In this document: in pieces, positions 36,191 through 45,349 of the stretch | How positions within the stretch are numbered: position 1 is the first letter of the stretch | Layout: each line of letters starts with the position of its first letter | From: a virus | Reading direction: 5' to 3' (one strand) | IMG/VR virus record: IMGVR_UViG_3300035018_000013 | Location: 18,054-82,053 of that record | DNA length: 64,000 bases | Program-made: the position numbers and the translations under genes | The notes under the pieces: generated by a model | What the model saw: the letters and a program-made list of their open reading frames with translations, nothing else | What the model was told of the DNA's origin: nothing | Databases searched by the model: none

Positions 36191-36775
36191 CTAACGCCAT
36201 TTCCTCAACACAGCTAATCCGGTGCCAATCGGCACCTCTTCAATAAATCTAATGTCCCGATACTCTTTCAGCCATCGCTTTACAATTGCCTTTTCGTCGT
36301 CTCTCCGAAAGTCATCTAGGATAATCCAAGTATTCTGATGCATGAAGTCTTTCAACTTCTCTAGAGCCGGATATCTAGCCTGCGGCTGCGTTCTGGCAGG
36401 TGGGCTATCGATTAAAATCAGATCATAAAAACCCCGCTGTTTTGGTTGAAGTGGATCAAGGTTAAACCATCCATTAATCAAAGGGCAATGTACCAGAGAA
36501 CTGCTCTCTAACTGTTTCTTAGATAGGACAGCCCTAACTTGCGTCAGCCATTTTTGACTATGTTCTAAAGAAAGGGATTTAGAAATCAGTCCCTTTTGCT
36601 TTAGAGCTTCTAAATATACTGTAGACAAGCCGGAGCCACACTCTAGGACAGAATCAATCTGATTCCCTTTAATTAATTCATTAAGCCATTCAAGGCATCT
36701 CAGGCTTAATGCCCAGTTTGTAAAATCCTTCGGCTCTAATTCAGGGAACAACTGACGGAATGATTCTATAGCCAT
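36191..36775 (-). CDS. Class I SAM-dependent methyltransferase (Methyltransf_24-like)
   Basis: VLECGSGLST; SLEH; YDLILIDSPP; IILDD. Confidence 0.85.
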   Translation of the reverse strand: MAIESFRQLFPELEPKDFTNWALSLRCLEWLNELIKGNQIDSVLECGSGLSTVYLEALKQKGLISKSLSLEHSQKWLTQVRAVLSKKQLESSSLVHCPLINGWFNLDPLQPKQRGFYDLILIDSPPARTQPQARYPALEKLKDFMHQNTWIILDDFRRDDEKAIVKRWLKEYRDIRFIEEVPIGTGLAVLRKWR

Positions 36776-36790
36776 AAAAAATCAATTAAT

Positions 36791-37090
36791 CTATTTCCTG
36801 CTGTTTTTCTCCATCTCTTCACGTTGCTTTTGATAGGTTTCACTCAGTTTTTTTACGAAGTAATGTCGCCGCTGCATTGAGAGTCGATAAACCTCCTCAG
36901 CCGAACTGAATGGCGCTTGCTCTCCAGTAATTAGAAAAAACGTCTCATCATTGAGGCGATCGTCATCCGTTATCGGAATCAGCGAAAGTGAGAAACGAAG
37001 GGATATCGCGCCAGGGCACCTCCGCCTTATATTCAAATCCGCAATTTCTACAGCCCATGTCCATCTGCATTCCGGGGCCGAATGAGCCAA
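36791..37090 (-). CDS. Small tail/baseplate assembly protein; start unresolved, possible frameshift product
   Basis: RLNDETFFLI...EEVYRLSMQRRHYFVKKL resembles small tail-chaperone partners; the only ATG overlaps the upstream gene by 128 nt. Confidence 0.5.
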   Translation of the reverse strand: MAHSAPECRWTWAVEIADLNIRRRCPGAISLRFSLSLIPITDDDRLNDETFFLITGEQAPFSSAEEVYRLSMQRRHYFVKKLSETYQKQREEMEKNSRK

Positions 37091-37925
37091 GCTTGCCCAC
37101 CGCCTTCAACAGGTAATCCCGATCGCGGGCATTCAGGGCTTTAAACAAAGACTCGACTCCTAATTCAGAGATCCCAGAGCGATCGCTGTTCTGGCTTTTC
37201 CCATAGGCTTCGCTTTCAGGAATGCCGACAACGGTATGCATGAGCAGTTCATGGTTGAGCCGAAGTTTAGCCCTCTTGTCATCCTGCTTTGCCAGCCGCT
37301 TCATGTCGTACATGCGAATGGGGCGCAGAATAACGCGCTTAATCATGTCGTCAAACACCTTCGCGCCTGTTGGCAGAAACACCTCAACATGAGGACAATT
37401 CATACCCTGAGCCACTTCAATCTCGGTAGACGATAAATCTGAATACTCGCCTTCTCGGTCTTTATTGACCGTCTGACACGCAGGGCATTGACCCTGAATT
37501 TGGATCTCTTTGCCGAAGTTTTCCAACCTAAGCGAAAGCAGCATCGTGAGCGCGTCCGCGAGGTAAAAGTTCTCGAATAATGTGTTGGGTTTAACACTGG
37601 CTTGTTGGGCTACCTCCCGAACAGGAATGTCTCCAATAGTATCAATCATCCGTGCCAGAAAATGAGGCAGAATATCGGAAACCTTGTCTCTAAATCGTGT
37701 TGTCAATCCCGATAAAAACAGCTCATCTTCTCCGGTATAAGGCTTGACAGTATACGTTGTTAATTTCTCACCTTCCGGGGTAAACCAACCGATCGGAAGC
37801 TGTCCAGGAAAGGCTTTTAGTAAAACCATCTCCGTCTTAATGTCGGTATACGGGGTGGTCGGCTTCTCGTCAATTAACGCGATCGCCTCTTCAGTTGCAA
37901 ATCCTTGAGCAGCGGTCTTAACCAT
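36963..37925 (-). CDS. Tail/baseplate assembly chaperone with two CxxC pairs (T4 gp26-like)
   Basis: TVKPYTGEDE; QCPACQ; CRNCG. Confidence 0.6.
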   Translation of the reverse strand: MVKTAAQGFATEEAIALIDEKPTTPYTDIKTEMVLLKAFPGQLPIGWFTPEGEKLTTYTVKPYTGEDELFLSGLTTRFRDKVSDILPHFLARMIDTIGDIPVREVAQQASVKPNTLFENFYLADALTMLLSLRLENFGKEIQIQGQCPACQTVNKDREGEYSDLSSTEIEVAQGMNCPHVEVFLPTGAKVFDDMIKRVILRPIRMYDMKRLAKQDDKRAKLRLNHELLMHTVVGIPESEAYGKSQNSDRSGISELGVESLFKALNARDRDYLLKAVGKLGSFGPGMQMDMGCRNCGFEYKAEVPWRDIPSFLTFADSDNG

Positions 37926-38128
37926 AAAACACTCACAAGCCTCTTGTCGTTGTTTCTTAATCTTGATCAGTTTGTCGCAAATTAATGCAGGAATCGGTAA
38001 AAACTTTACGGCTAAAAGATTACAGCCTGCCGCCTCACGCTACAACGCTGATATTACCCAGAGATTGCAGAGCGAACAAACCCTGAAAACGGAATCTTAA
38101 GGATTGATCACCACCGCAGGGAAAACCA

Positions 38129-38944
38129 ATGTCAAGCTTGATTACGATCGCCCAATCCTTTCGCAGCACTGAACCTCAGCAACAAGCGATTCAGTGGTTC
38201 CAAGATTCAACCGGGAAGCAGAAGCAGCAAGAATTCGCCCTGCAATGGCGCAATGGCGAGGACAAGGGAGCAATTAGCTTTGTCGATGCCTTTAGATGCT
38301 ACAAGGCTATCGCTCATCAGAATGCTGCCCTCAAGTGGCTGGAGAGCAGCAGCCAGATAAGAACCATCATGGAACTAGAGAGGTTATGGAAAAAAATAAT
38401 TGATTCTCCCAGCCAAGATATTAGGCTGAAGGTGCCTTATTTTCAGCAGGTGGACAATAAATTTGAACCGATGCGGACGTGCAACACCTCTAGCTGTGCC
38501 ATGGTAGCTCGATTTTTAGGCGCGAAAATCTCCAGCGACGACGAATACTATCAGCACGTCATTAAGTATGGCGACACGACCGATCATACGGCTCAGACCT
38601 ATGCACTGAAGGCGGTCGGTATTCGATCGATTTGGCGGACGGATTTAGACTTCGCGGATCTAGATGGGGCGATCGCGGCGGGTCTACCCGTAGTCATTGG
38701 CATTTTACATCGAGGGACGCTGAATGCTCCCGAAGGTGGACACATGATTGTCGTGATTGGATTAACCAGCCAGAAAGACTATATCTGCCACGATCCATTC
38801 GGCAGCCTACTGGATGCCGCTGGCGGGTATACGGGTGATGTGACTAATGGCTGTGCAGTGGTTTACCCTCGCGCTGTCCTGAATCGTCGCTGGTTGGTAG
38901 AGGGCGATCGCACGGGCTGGGGTCGCTTGTTCTCCAAGATTTAG
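38129..38944 (+). CDS. C39-like cysteine peptidase with duplicated N-terminal helical motif (endolysin candidate)
   Basis: LKVPYFQQ...TCNTSSCAM...GGHMIVVIG...ICHDPFG; repeats QQQAIQWFQ and HQNAALKWLE. Confidence 0.85.
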   Translation: MSSLITIAQSFRSTEPQQQAIQWFQDSTGKQKQQEFALQWRNGEDKGAISFVDAFRCYKAIAHQNAALKWLESSSQIRTIMELERLWKKIIDSPSQDIRLKVPYFQQVDNKFEPMRTCNTSSCAMVARFLGAKISSDDEYYQHVIKYGDTTDHTAQTYALKAVGIRSIWRTDLDFADLDGAIAAGLPVVIGILHRGTLNAPEGGHMIVVIGLTSQKDYICHDPFGSLLDAAGGYTGDVTNGCAVVYPRAVLNRRWLVEGDRTGWGRLFSKI

Positions 38945-38964
38945 AACAAAAAATCAATTGATTT

Positions 38965-39000
38965 CCCAAATCCGTCACGCTGTCGGATTTGGGTTTTTTT
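38965..39000 (+). terminator. Intrinsic terminator
   Basis: CCCAAATCCG-tcacgctgt-CGGATTTGGG followed by TTTTTTT. Confidence 0.75.
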
Positions 39001-39388
39001 ATGCACTGAAAACAACCCGCCGATCGCTACTCCTTAATCGCTTTGCTGTTGCCTGATCTAGCCCATGCTTGCCTGTAGCCCGATCAATCTTCTTTCGTGG
39101 GTCTTTGGCGTTCCGATCGATATTGCTGCCATCGCCAATCAGCACGCCACCCCGTAGGCGATCGCACTCTACCAATTCCATGCCCTTGTACAAGCATTCG
39201 GATTCCTCAAAAGCTCCATTTGGGCTAAGTTCTTGATACGTTAACCTGTAGCGAACCAGCGTCCATTTGCCGATTTGTGAATACCAGAGAATAGAGAATT
39301 TCTGCCCTGGTAAAAGATTGAGATTGTTCGGGGTGGTGAAGAAACGAGGGTGAAGCATATTGTCTGAATGATGGGAAACCTGATTCAA
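38999..39388 (-). CDS. Hypothetical protein; ATG at 39358 is a possible start
   Basis: ORF divergent from the second nblA. Confidence 0.45.
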   Translation of the reverse strand: MNQVSHHSDNMLHPRFFTTPNNLNLLPGQKFSILWYSQIGKWTLVRYRLTYQELSPNGAFEESECLYKGMELVECDRLRGGVLIGDGSNIDRNAKDPRKKIDRATGKHGLDQATAKRLRSSDRRVVFSA

Positions 39389-39407
39389 ATTCTTATTTTG
39401 GAGAGCT

Positions 39408-39584
39408 ATGGAACAGCCCGTTGCATTGTCTTTGGAACAGCAATTTAACTTGCGATCGCTTGAAGAGAAATCAAAGCATCTACCCCTAGAACAAATTCAA
39501 CGGATGCTGATTGAAACGTATACTCAGATGATGCTTAACGATGCAAGGTACAAAGCTGAACTGAAAAAACAGTGGAGAATTTGA
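39408..39584 (+). CDS. nblA: Second NblA (58 aa, not in ORF track)
   Basis: My translation: MEQPVALSLEQQFNLRSLEEKSKHLPLEQIQRMLIETYTQMMLNDARYKAELKKQWRI; GGAGAG Shine-Dalgarno; 27/58 identical to the 16577 copy. Confidence 0.85.
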   Translation: MEQPVALSLEQQFNLRSLEEKSKHLPLEQIQRMLIETYTQMMLNDARYKAELKKQWRI

Positions 39585-39676
39585 GGAAACCCGACAAAAC
39601 GAATCTTGTCGGGCGCTTGTCGTTATTTTGTGAAAGGTTGCACTTCGGGTGAGTGCAAGTCAATCATATTCCAGAA

Positions 39677-41173
39677 TCAAACCATCGGCGGCTGTGGCTG
39701 CGGTAAAACATCTCTAGGATTAACCGCGCCTTGGTTGGGATCATGAACCTCAAAATGCAGGTGAATGGCATAGGCATTATCAGACCCAAACCCACTGCCA
39801 CCCCGCACCGCGATCGCTTCTCCCCCCTTCACCTGCTGTCCTACCTTCACCTTGATTGAAAGCAAGTGAGCATAACGGGTCATGAATCCAGTGGGGTGCT
39901 TAATATCAATCATCCGACCGTAGCCGCTGCCGTCCCAATCTGCAAATTCTACCGTCCCATCACCCGCTGCAAACACGTCATCACTACCGAAGCCGCCCAG
40001 GTCAATCCCTTCATGCATCCTGCCTCGCGCCGTTCCAAACTCGCATTTCTCCCCTGCCACATTGCAGTCATTCGGGTTCATTGCCCACTGTAAATTAGAG
40101 GGGCTAGCTCCCCCCGCAAACGATCGCACTGCCGCCGCTGTATTTTGATCGGGCGGCTGGCTGGCATCATGCCTAAATATCTGAGGCTTGGGTGCATTCG
40201 GGTCGGGCTGATGGGCGAATAGTTCCATTTCCAGTGTCCCACCGCAGTACAGCTTCACAGTTTCGATCGTCATTTCTCCGTCTAAACCCGTCCCAAAGTT
40301 TTTACCCTGAAATTTCTTGGTCGGTGCAAACGTGAGCAATTCTGGATATTCAGCCGGGTTTAGCCAAGTGTGCAATTGAATCACTTTTTCCCGATCGAGG
40401 GAGTGTAAGCCTAGCGCATAGGCGAGGGCATCGCCTTGAGTGGGCGGGTTAACGCTGCCACCCGCGATCGCCCGACTGCCAGCATTGCCCGTGTCCACAC
40501 AGTTCAAGCCATAGTTGCCGGGGAGCGATAGAGAAGCGATCGCATTGGGGTCAATCCCTGATTTGAATACCTCAATACCGCGATCGACACAAGGCTTAAA
40601 CACCTCTCCATAATCGTTGTTATAGCCCGTTGCAGAGCCGTTAATTCGTCGCCTGACCTCGTGCCAATCGCCAGCGTCCGCAGGTTCTACGCAGCGTTGA
40701 TCGGGGTTGTGTTTCCCCATCCAATACAGGATTGCTACCTGAGCGGCAATCTCCGGTTCATTCGCCTTATCGGGGTTGTTCACTAAATCAATGCCCAGCA
40801 AATCGCCCATTGATTTGTAGTTATAGTCCCAAGTGAGCTGGAAGTAACCCCGCCCATAATAAGGAGCGTAGGGAGCGCTGCCGCCCTCTATCTCGCTGCG
40901 GGGTACGAACTTGGGTAAAGTTTCCACATAGAACGTGGCAACGATGCCGACTAACTGATTCTTGCTCGTCAGTCCATTCGCCGCCATTGCCTTGAGAATG
41001 TAGGGCAAATTCTTTTCAACATCACCCCGATTTGCATCAGGACAAACCTTCAATATCTCCTCAATTGTGGGCGATGGAGGCGCGGCGTTGGTAACTGTAG
41101 GTGCAGGTTGAGCGGTGCTGGAAGCGGCTCCGGTAGTGGGGGCGATCGGCTGGATGGGTTGGGTGTTTTCCAC
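39677..41173 (-). CDS. Tail-associated lysin: GH19 lysozyme/chitinase plus M23 peptidase
   Basis: FYVET...YYGRGYFQLTWDYNY; HEGIDLG...YGRMIDIKH...YAHL...HLHFEV. Confidence 0.9.
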   Translation of the reverse strand: MENTQPIQPIAPTTGAASSTAQPAPTVTNAAPPSPTIEEILKVCPDANRGDVEKNLPYILKAMAANGLTSKNQLVGIVATFYVETLPKFVPRSEIEGGSAPYAPYYGRGYFQLTWDYNYKSMGDLLGIDLVNNPDKANEPEIAAQVAILYWMGKHNPDQRCVEPADAGDWHEVRRRINGSATGYNNDYGEVFKPCVDRGIEVFKSGIDPNAIASLSLPGNYGLNCVDTGNAGSRAIAGGSVNPPTQGDALAYALGLHSLDREKVIQLHTWLNPAEYPELLTFAPTKKFQGKNFGTGLDGEMTIETVKLYCGGTLEMELFAHQPDPNAPKPQIFRHDASQPPDQNTAAAVRSFAGGASPSNLQWAMNPNDCNVAGEKCEFGTARGRMHEGIDLGGFGSDDVFAAGDGTVEFADWDGSGYGRMIDIKHPTGFMTRYAHLLSIKVKVGQQVKGGEAIAVRGGSGFGSDNAYAIHLHFEVHDPNQGAVNPRDVLPQPQPPMV

Positions 41174-41230
41174 TTTAATAAATCAATTGATTTTTTAACT
41201 AATCGTGCTTAATTGCGGTGAATGTGAACG

Positions 41231-41524
41231 TTAGTCAATCGGCTCCCAATCGTCATTAATTTCCAGCATTGGTACAGTTTGATTTTTCAACTCATGCCAG
41301 CAATCGCTCAAAAACTCCCATTTACCAGCCCTGACAAACGAATGACAACGATGTGCCTCGTCAACATTTGCGTTGCAAAGCAAAGACGGGGAAAAGGTTG
41401 GCGCATCTAGATTCCCGTCAAAGCTCCATCGCTTTAAGTCAAAGGGATGCACCGTTTTGCAGCCAGGGCAGTAAGCCATCATTAAGTTGTCGCATTTTCT
41501 TAAAAATTTACCTTGTGCGCTCAT
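41231..41524 (-). CDS. DUF6527-like small Cys/His metal-binding protein
   Basis: YCPGCKTVH...WSFDGNLDAPTFSPSLL...CHSFVRAGKWEFLSDCWH. Confidence 0.7.
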   Translation of the reverse strand: MSAQGKFLRKCDNLMMAYCPGCKTVHPFDLKRWSFDGNLDAPTFSPSLLCNANVDEAHRCHSFVRAGKWEFLSDCWHELKNQTVPMLEINDDWEPID

Positions 41525-41582
41525 GAATTTCTTTTTAAGTGGTAGAGGCGATCGCTTGTATTGGCTGTGTATCTACCATGTT

Positions 41583-42089
41583 CTAGGGGTGAGGGCAACT
41601 GAATTCGGCAATGGGTTCACCACACCAGACAGATAGCTCACAGGCAACGACTACCGCTTCTCTAGGAGTCTTGTGAAGATGCATAGCCGTTATTGCAAAT
41701 TCTTCCCCCGCTCCAATTGCCGCAAACTCTGATACTTCAAAAACATTGATACCGCCATAGCTTCTGAATAAATGCCCATCAAGGGCGATAAGGTAATGGT
41801 TCTCAGGTCTAAGGCTAGAATCTCTTTTCCTTACCCAATCGTCGAACTCAAAAAGAAAATCCATCACCCCATCCATCGTTGCCGCAGCAGGTTTATGATT
41901 ACGGCTAAAGATTTGCATCAGCGAGCCTTCACAAGTCAGCCCAGTAAGACCAATAATCATCCCGTTTTGTTGGAATAGCTTGGAGCTTGCGATCGTGCGA
42001 TCGCTCATGATTCGAGATCCGATAGTGGTGATTGAATCGGCTGCAATCTCAATTCGGTCGGCGTATTTTTTGGCGGCAACTACAGTCAT
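41583..42089 (-). CDS. Ntn-hydrolase, HslV/proteasome beta-subunit-like peptidase
   Basis: N-terminal M-T-V-V-A; IAADS; IGLTG; AIGAGEEFAITAM. Confidence 0.75.
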   Translation of the reverse strand: MTVVAAKKYADRIEIAADSITTIGSRIMSDRTIASSKLFQQNGMIIGLTGLTCEGSLMQIFSRNHKPAAATMDGVMDFLFEFDDWVRKRDSSLRPENHYLIALDGHLFRSYGGINVFEVSEFAAIGAGEEFAITAMHLHKTPREAVVVACELSVWCGEPIAEFSCPHP

Positions 42090-42183
42090 TATTTACTTTG
42101 TGAATGGAGCGGTGAAGTAACGCTTAATATCATGCCCAACTCAGCACCCTACTTTAAAGATGAGTTGAGCTGATTTTACGGCT

Positions 42184-42417
42184 CTAGGGCGATCGCACAA
42201 TTCCCATCAGTTCACAAATCATCTCAGGAGAAATGTTGCTGTCATCTCTGAGATGATCAACCAAAGTCCTGTTGAGTTCGTTGCAGATAAACATCATGAT
42301 CTGCTGCGAGTCACCCCAGCAAATCGGGCTGCTATATGTACCGTCAATCACTGGACAAATCCGATACTGAAGCTGTGCCTCCTCGCAAGAACTGACCTCA
42401 AAAACCATCGTTCTCAT
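42184..42417 (-). CDS. Hypothetical protein
   Basis: Short ORF in the late-gene direction. Confidence 0.4.
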   Translation of the reverse strand: MRTMVFEVSSCEEAQLQYRICPVIDGTYSSPICWGDSQQIMMFICNELNRTLVDHLRDDSNISPEMICELMGIVRSP

Positions 42418-42434
42418 TCGTTTACCTCAACTTG

Positions 42435-44576
42435 TTAAAGATAAGGAATAGCATAAGGTGTCACAATCACGGGCTGAGAGTTGTAATTCTCCACAACTAC
42501 GCCGTTGGAATACTTGCCAGTCTCAGAACTAATGCTCACCCCAGCGATCGGATCTACAATGCCAGCAAAGTAATTGTCAGGATCAATCAGTTGCTCATTT
42601 AGAGGTTGGGCGATCGTGCAGCCAGCCGTAACTAGAGCGGAGATAGAATCGCCATAAAGGTAATTATTGACCGTATCAATCTCATAGATAATCACTTCCT
42701 CAACATCCTGATAAAGCGCCGTCCTAATGTACGCCCTTGTTTTGGTAAAAGTCAGAGCAGAGGCGATCGTAAACCTTTTACGATTCGGCAGTGTTCCTGT
42801 TGCCATTGCCGTGACTGAAATAATGGTTTGAGGATCAACCGGATCATAAGGGAAGCGAACCGAAGCCGTCCCCGGCACATTCACCCGCCCATACACTAAA
42901 ACGTCATCAATGAGGGCGTTATAAGTAGACGCGAGTTGAACCACCTGTGCCACCCCTGGTAAGCCAGTTAGCATGGTCTGCAAAACAACATAGTTTCCTC
43001 GCATCACACTAACTTGGGTGCCAGCGACAAAACCCGTCCGACTTTCGAGTGTGACTTGGTTCAAACCCGTGTCCACCCCCACGATCGCAGACTGGGCGAT
43101 CGGCGCTTGCACACCGGGAACCGTAACAGGGTTGAGGTTAATCAGAGGGGCATGGCTAGAGATTGCCACAGAATCAATTAATGTTTGATTATTAAATAGA
43201 TCCGCGATCGCTGCCTTAGCCGAATCCCCTACGTTCACCTGCCCTTCCAGCAAGGTTTTATCCAGAGCGATCAACCATTGCCAAATCCTCAGCCCTGACG
43301 AGGTAAGATCCAATGCTGCCAGCGTATCGGCTCTGAAGTTGGGCGCGTTGATCTTGGCTTTGAGAATGCCATTCACATACAGCGACATTTGCGAGTTTGC
43401 CTCAGATATTTGCAGAAATATCTTCAGATGCTCAGTCGGTAAATCATCGAGCAAGTTAACCGGAATACTGCCGACGACCATATTGAGCTTACCGTCCACA
43501 ATGCTGGCTTTAAGATTGCCAAAATCAAACAGCAAACCGTCCCCGCGCCATTCCCGCAGCTCGGCAAAAAAGCCGAAGGTTTTCATCCCGGCGATCGGGC
43601 TATGTCGCCAACTCAGCAAGGCTTTGTTCCTAATCTCAATCTCTCCATCCTGATAGACCATGCTGGTACGGAAGGGGCGTTTCTCTAGCTGCATTCCACC
43701 CCAATCAATCGAAACGGTGGATTCAGAGTAAAGCTCGATCGTTACAAGCTGGGCGGGTGCTTCTCCTAGTACAGCTTTCATTGCAGTGGTAACGCCATCT
43801 GCAAGCAATGTTACAGGCGTAACCGTGACGACGTTTGTCCCCCCTGTAATCGTGTTGTTCGTGATATCGTAAGCCCGATTATTCACAAGAATCTGTCCAC
43901 CAATCCAATCGCCAGGATTGATGGTGTAGCCACTGGGAATAGTGAGGGTGAGGGTATTTTGAGTCAGGGCCGCGATCGCATAGTTCTGCACCTGATGAAC
44001 ACTGCCAGGGAAAACGGGTTGCCGTCCAGCCGTCCTAAATGTTTTCTCAATTAACTTATAGCGATTGAGAGAATCATTTAATTCCCCCAATCCAACAGAG
44101 AAAAACGTTCCCGTTCCCGTGATTTGCAAGAAATCACTCGCACCGAAAACACCACCCGCTAGCCGCAAAATCATAGAGAGGGTGTAATCGGTGTCCGCCT
44201 CTAGCAAGAAATCTCGCTTTAAGCTTTGACTGGCACCGCTGCCGACATCCCACCGCAGGCGATCGCCCAAATAAGAAGCGTCCGGTGCAGGTGCATAATC
44301 TTTTCGCACCGTCACGTTAGAGCCTTTCAGCCAGATGCTTTGAGTTAGATCTAGGTTCCAAGTGACCAGGTTGGCGCAATCTGGCTCTAACAAAAATGAC
44401 CCATCTTCGGAATGGAAAGCCGGATAGTAGGATTGTACTGGATAAAGGTTTAAGGAACCGTCTACTGTGCGTTCCAAATTAACGGGAGAGGGGCGGCTAA
44501 AGTTCGCTACATCGCCAGAGCTGTTTAAGCTGACCAGAGAACCCCCGATCGAAAAAACGTAATCGTTATCACTCAC
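42435..44576 (-). CDS. Putative tail fibre/baseplate protein with carbohydrate-binding-like beta domains
   Basis: LLEPDCANL; IDWGGMQLEKRPFRTS (CBM-type ending); LamG-like MSLYVNG. Confidence 0.6.
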   Translation of the reverse strand: MSDNDYVFSIGGSLVSLNSSGDVANFSRPSPVNLERTVDGSLNLYPVQSYYPAFHSEDGSFLLEPDCANLVTWNLDLTQSIWLKGSNVTVRKDYAPAPDASYLGDRLRWDVGSGASQSLKRDFLLEADTDYTLSMILRLAGGVFGASDFLQITGTGTFFSVGLGELNDSLNRYKLIEKTFRTAGRQPVFPGSVHQVQNYAIAALTQNTLTLTIPSGYTINPGDWIGGQILVNNRAYDITNNTITGGTNVVTVTPVTLLADGVTTAMKAVLGEAPAQLVTIELYSESTVSIDWGGMQLEKRPFRTSMVYQDGEIEIRNKALLSWRHSPIAGMKTFGFFAELREWRGDGLLFDFGNLKASIVDGKLNMVVGSIPVNLLDDLPTEHLKIFLQISEANSQMSLYVNGILKAKINAPNFRADTLAALDLTSSGLRIWQWLIALDKTLLEGQVNVGDSAKAAIADLFNNQTLIDSVAISSHAPLINLNPVTVPGVQAPIAQSAIVGVDTGLNQVTLESRTGFVAGTQVSVMRGNYVVLQTMLTGLPGVAQVVQLASTYNALIDDVLVYGRVNVPGTASVRFPYDPVDPQTIISVTAMATGTLPNRKRFTIASALTFTKTRAYIRTALYQDVEEVIIYEIDTVNNYLYGDSISALVTAGCTIAQPLNEQLIDPDNYFAGIVDPIAGVSISSETGKYSNGVVVENYNSQPVIVTPYAIPYL

Positions 44577-45318
44577 TGAGATTACCTGCTAATTGGGATT
44601 GACGAACCACTGACTCAGCCGCATTCAGCAAAACTTTCGCTCTGGTTTCTGGGTCTAAATCTTGTAAAATAGCCTGAACATTTTCCATACCGCGATCGAG
44701 GAAAAGCACCTGCGATCGATACTCAATTTCTTTTGCTGATACCTGCGATCGGAACTCTTGGGGCACATCAAACAACGCGACTCCGACCGCTTCTGGCAAA
44801 CCCGCCTGACACGCCCATGCTCTTGCTGCAATGTACTTGCTCTCTCGGCATAGTTGCGCCTCGATCGTGAAGCTCTGGATGGAGTCGTAGGTTAATTCTT
44901 GAAGCTGAGGATATTGATTGAGAATGCGATCGCGTTCTCCGGCGGCTACGGCTAGCTCTGTGAGGATATCCTTTTCCTGCGATCGGAGTGCCAGTAAGGT
45001 TGCTTCTGAGTGGGCTAGCTTGAACTCATTCAGTTCACGAGTTGCCTCTTGAAGATTTGCCGCTGCCACTGTTCTGGGAGTGGCTTGAGCATCAATATCT
45101 TCCAGGGTTTGAGCAATTTCCGCAACTTCTACAGCGTGTTTTCGCATTTGTAAGTGCGTTTCAGTGAGCGCTGCCGAAAGAGATTTGTGATAGATTTCAG
45201 CTTGCTTTAAGCCAAAATACCAGTGAATATTTTCTTCTCTTCTAATATTCAAAAGCACTGCACCAAAGCTATTGATGGAGTGCGAGGTAAGCTGCGGTAA
45301 CGGGATGATATCGGTCAT
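44569..45318 (-). CDS. Coiled-coil protein, possible fibre chaperone
   Basis: Heptad-rich; directly after the propeller gene. Confidence 0.5.
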   Translation of the reverse strand: MTDIIPLPQLTSHSINSFGAVLLNIRREENIHWYFGLKQAEIYHKSLSAALTETHLQMRKHAVEVAEIAQTLEDIDAQATPRTVAAANLQEATRELNEFKLAHSEATLLALRSQEKDILTELAVAAGERDRILNQYPQLQELTYDSIQSFTIEAQLCRESKYIAARAWACQAGLPEAVGVALFDVPQEFRSQVSAKEIEYRSQVLFLDRGMENVQAILQDLDPETRAKVLLNAAESVVRQSQLAGNLSE

Positions 45319-45349
45319 AAATTAATTAATCCTCAGTTTCCAATCACGT

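Noticed and set aside
17335-37925. Extracellular contractile injection system or tailocin rather than phage
   Set aside because: Intact-looking capsid, portal, protease and terminase genes are present
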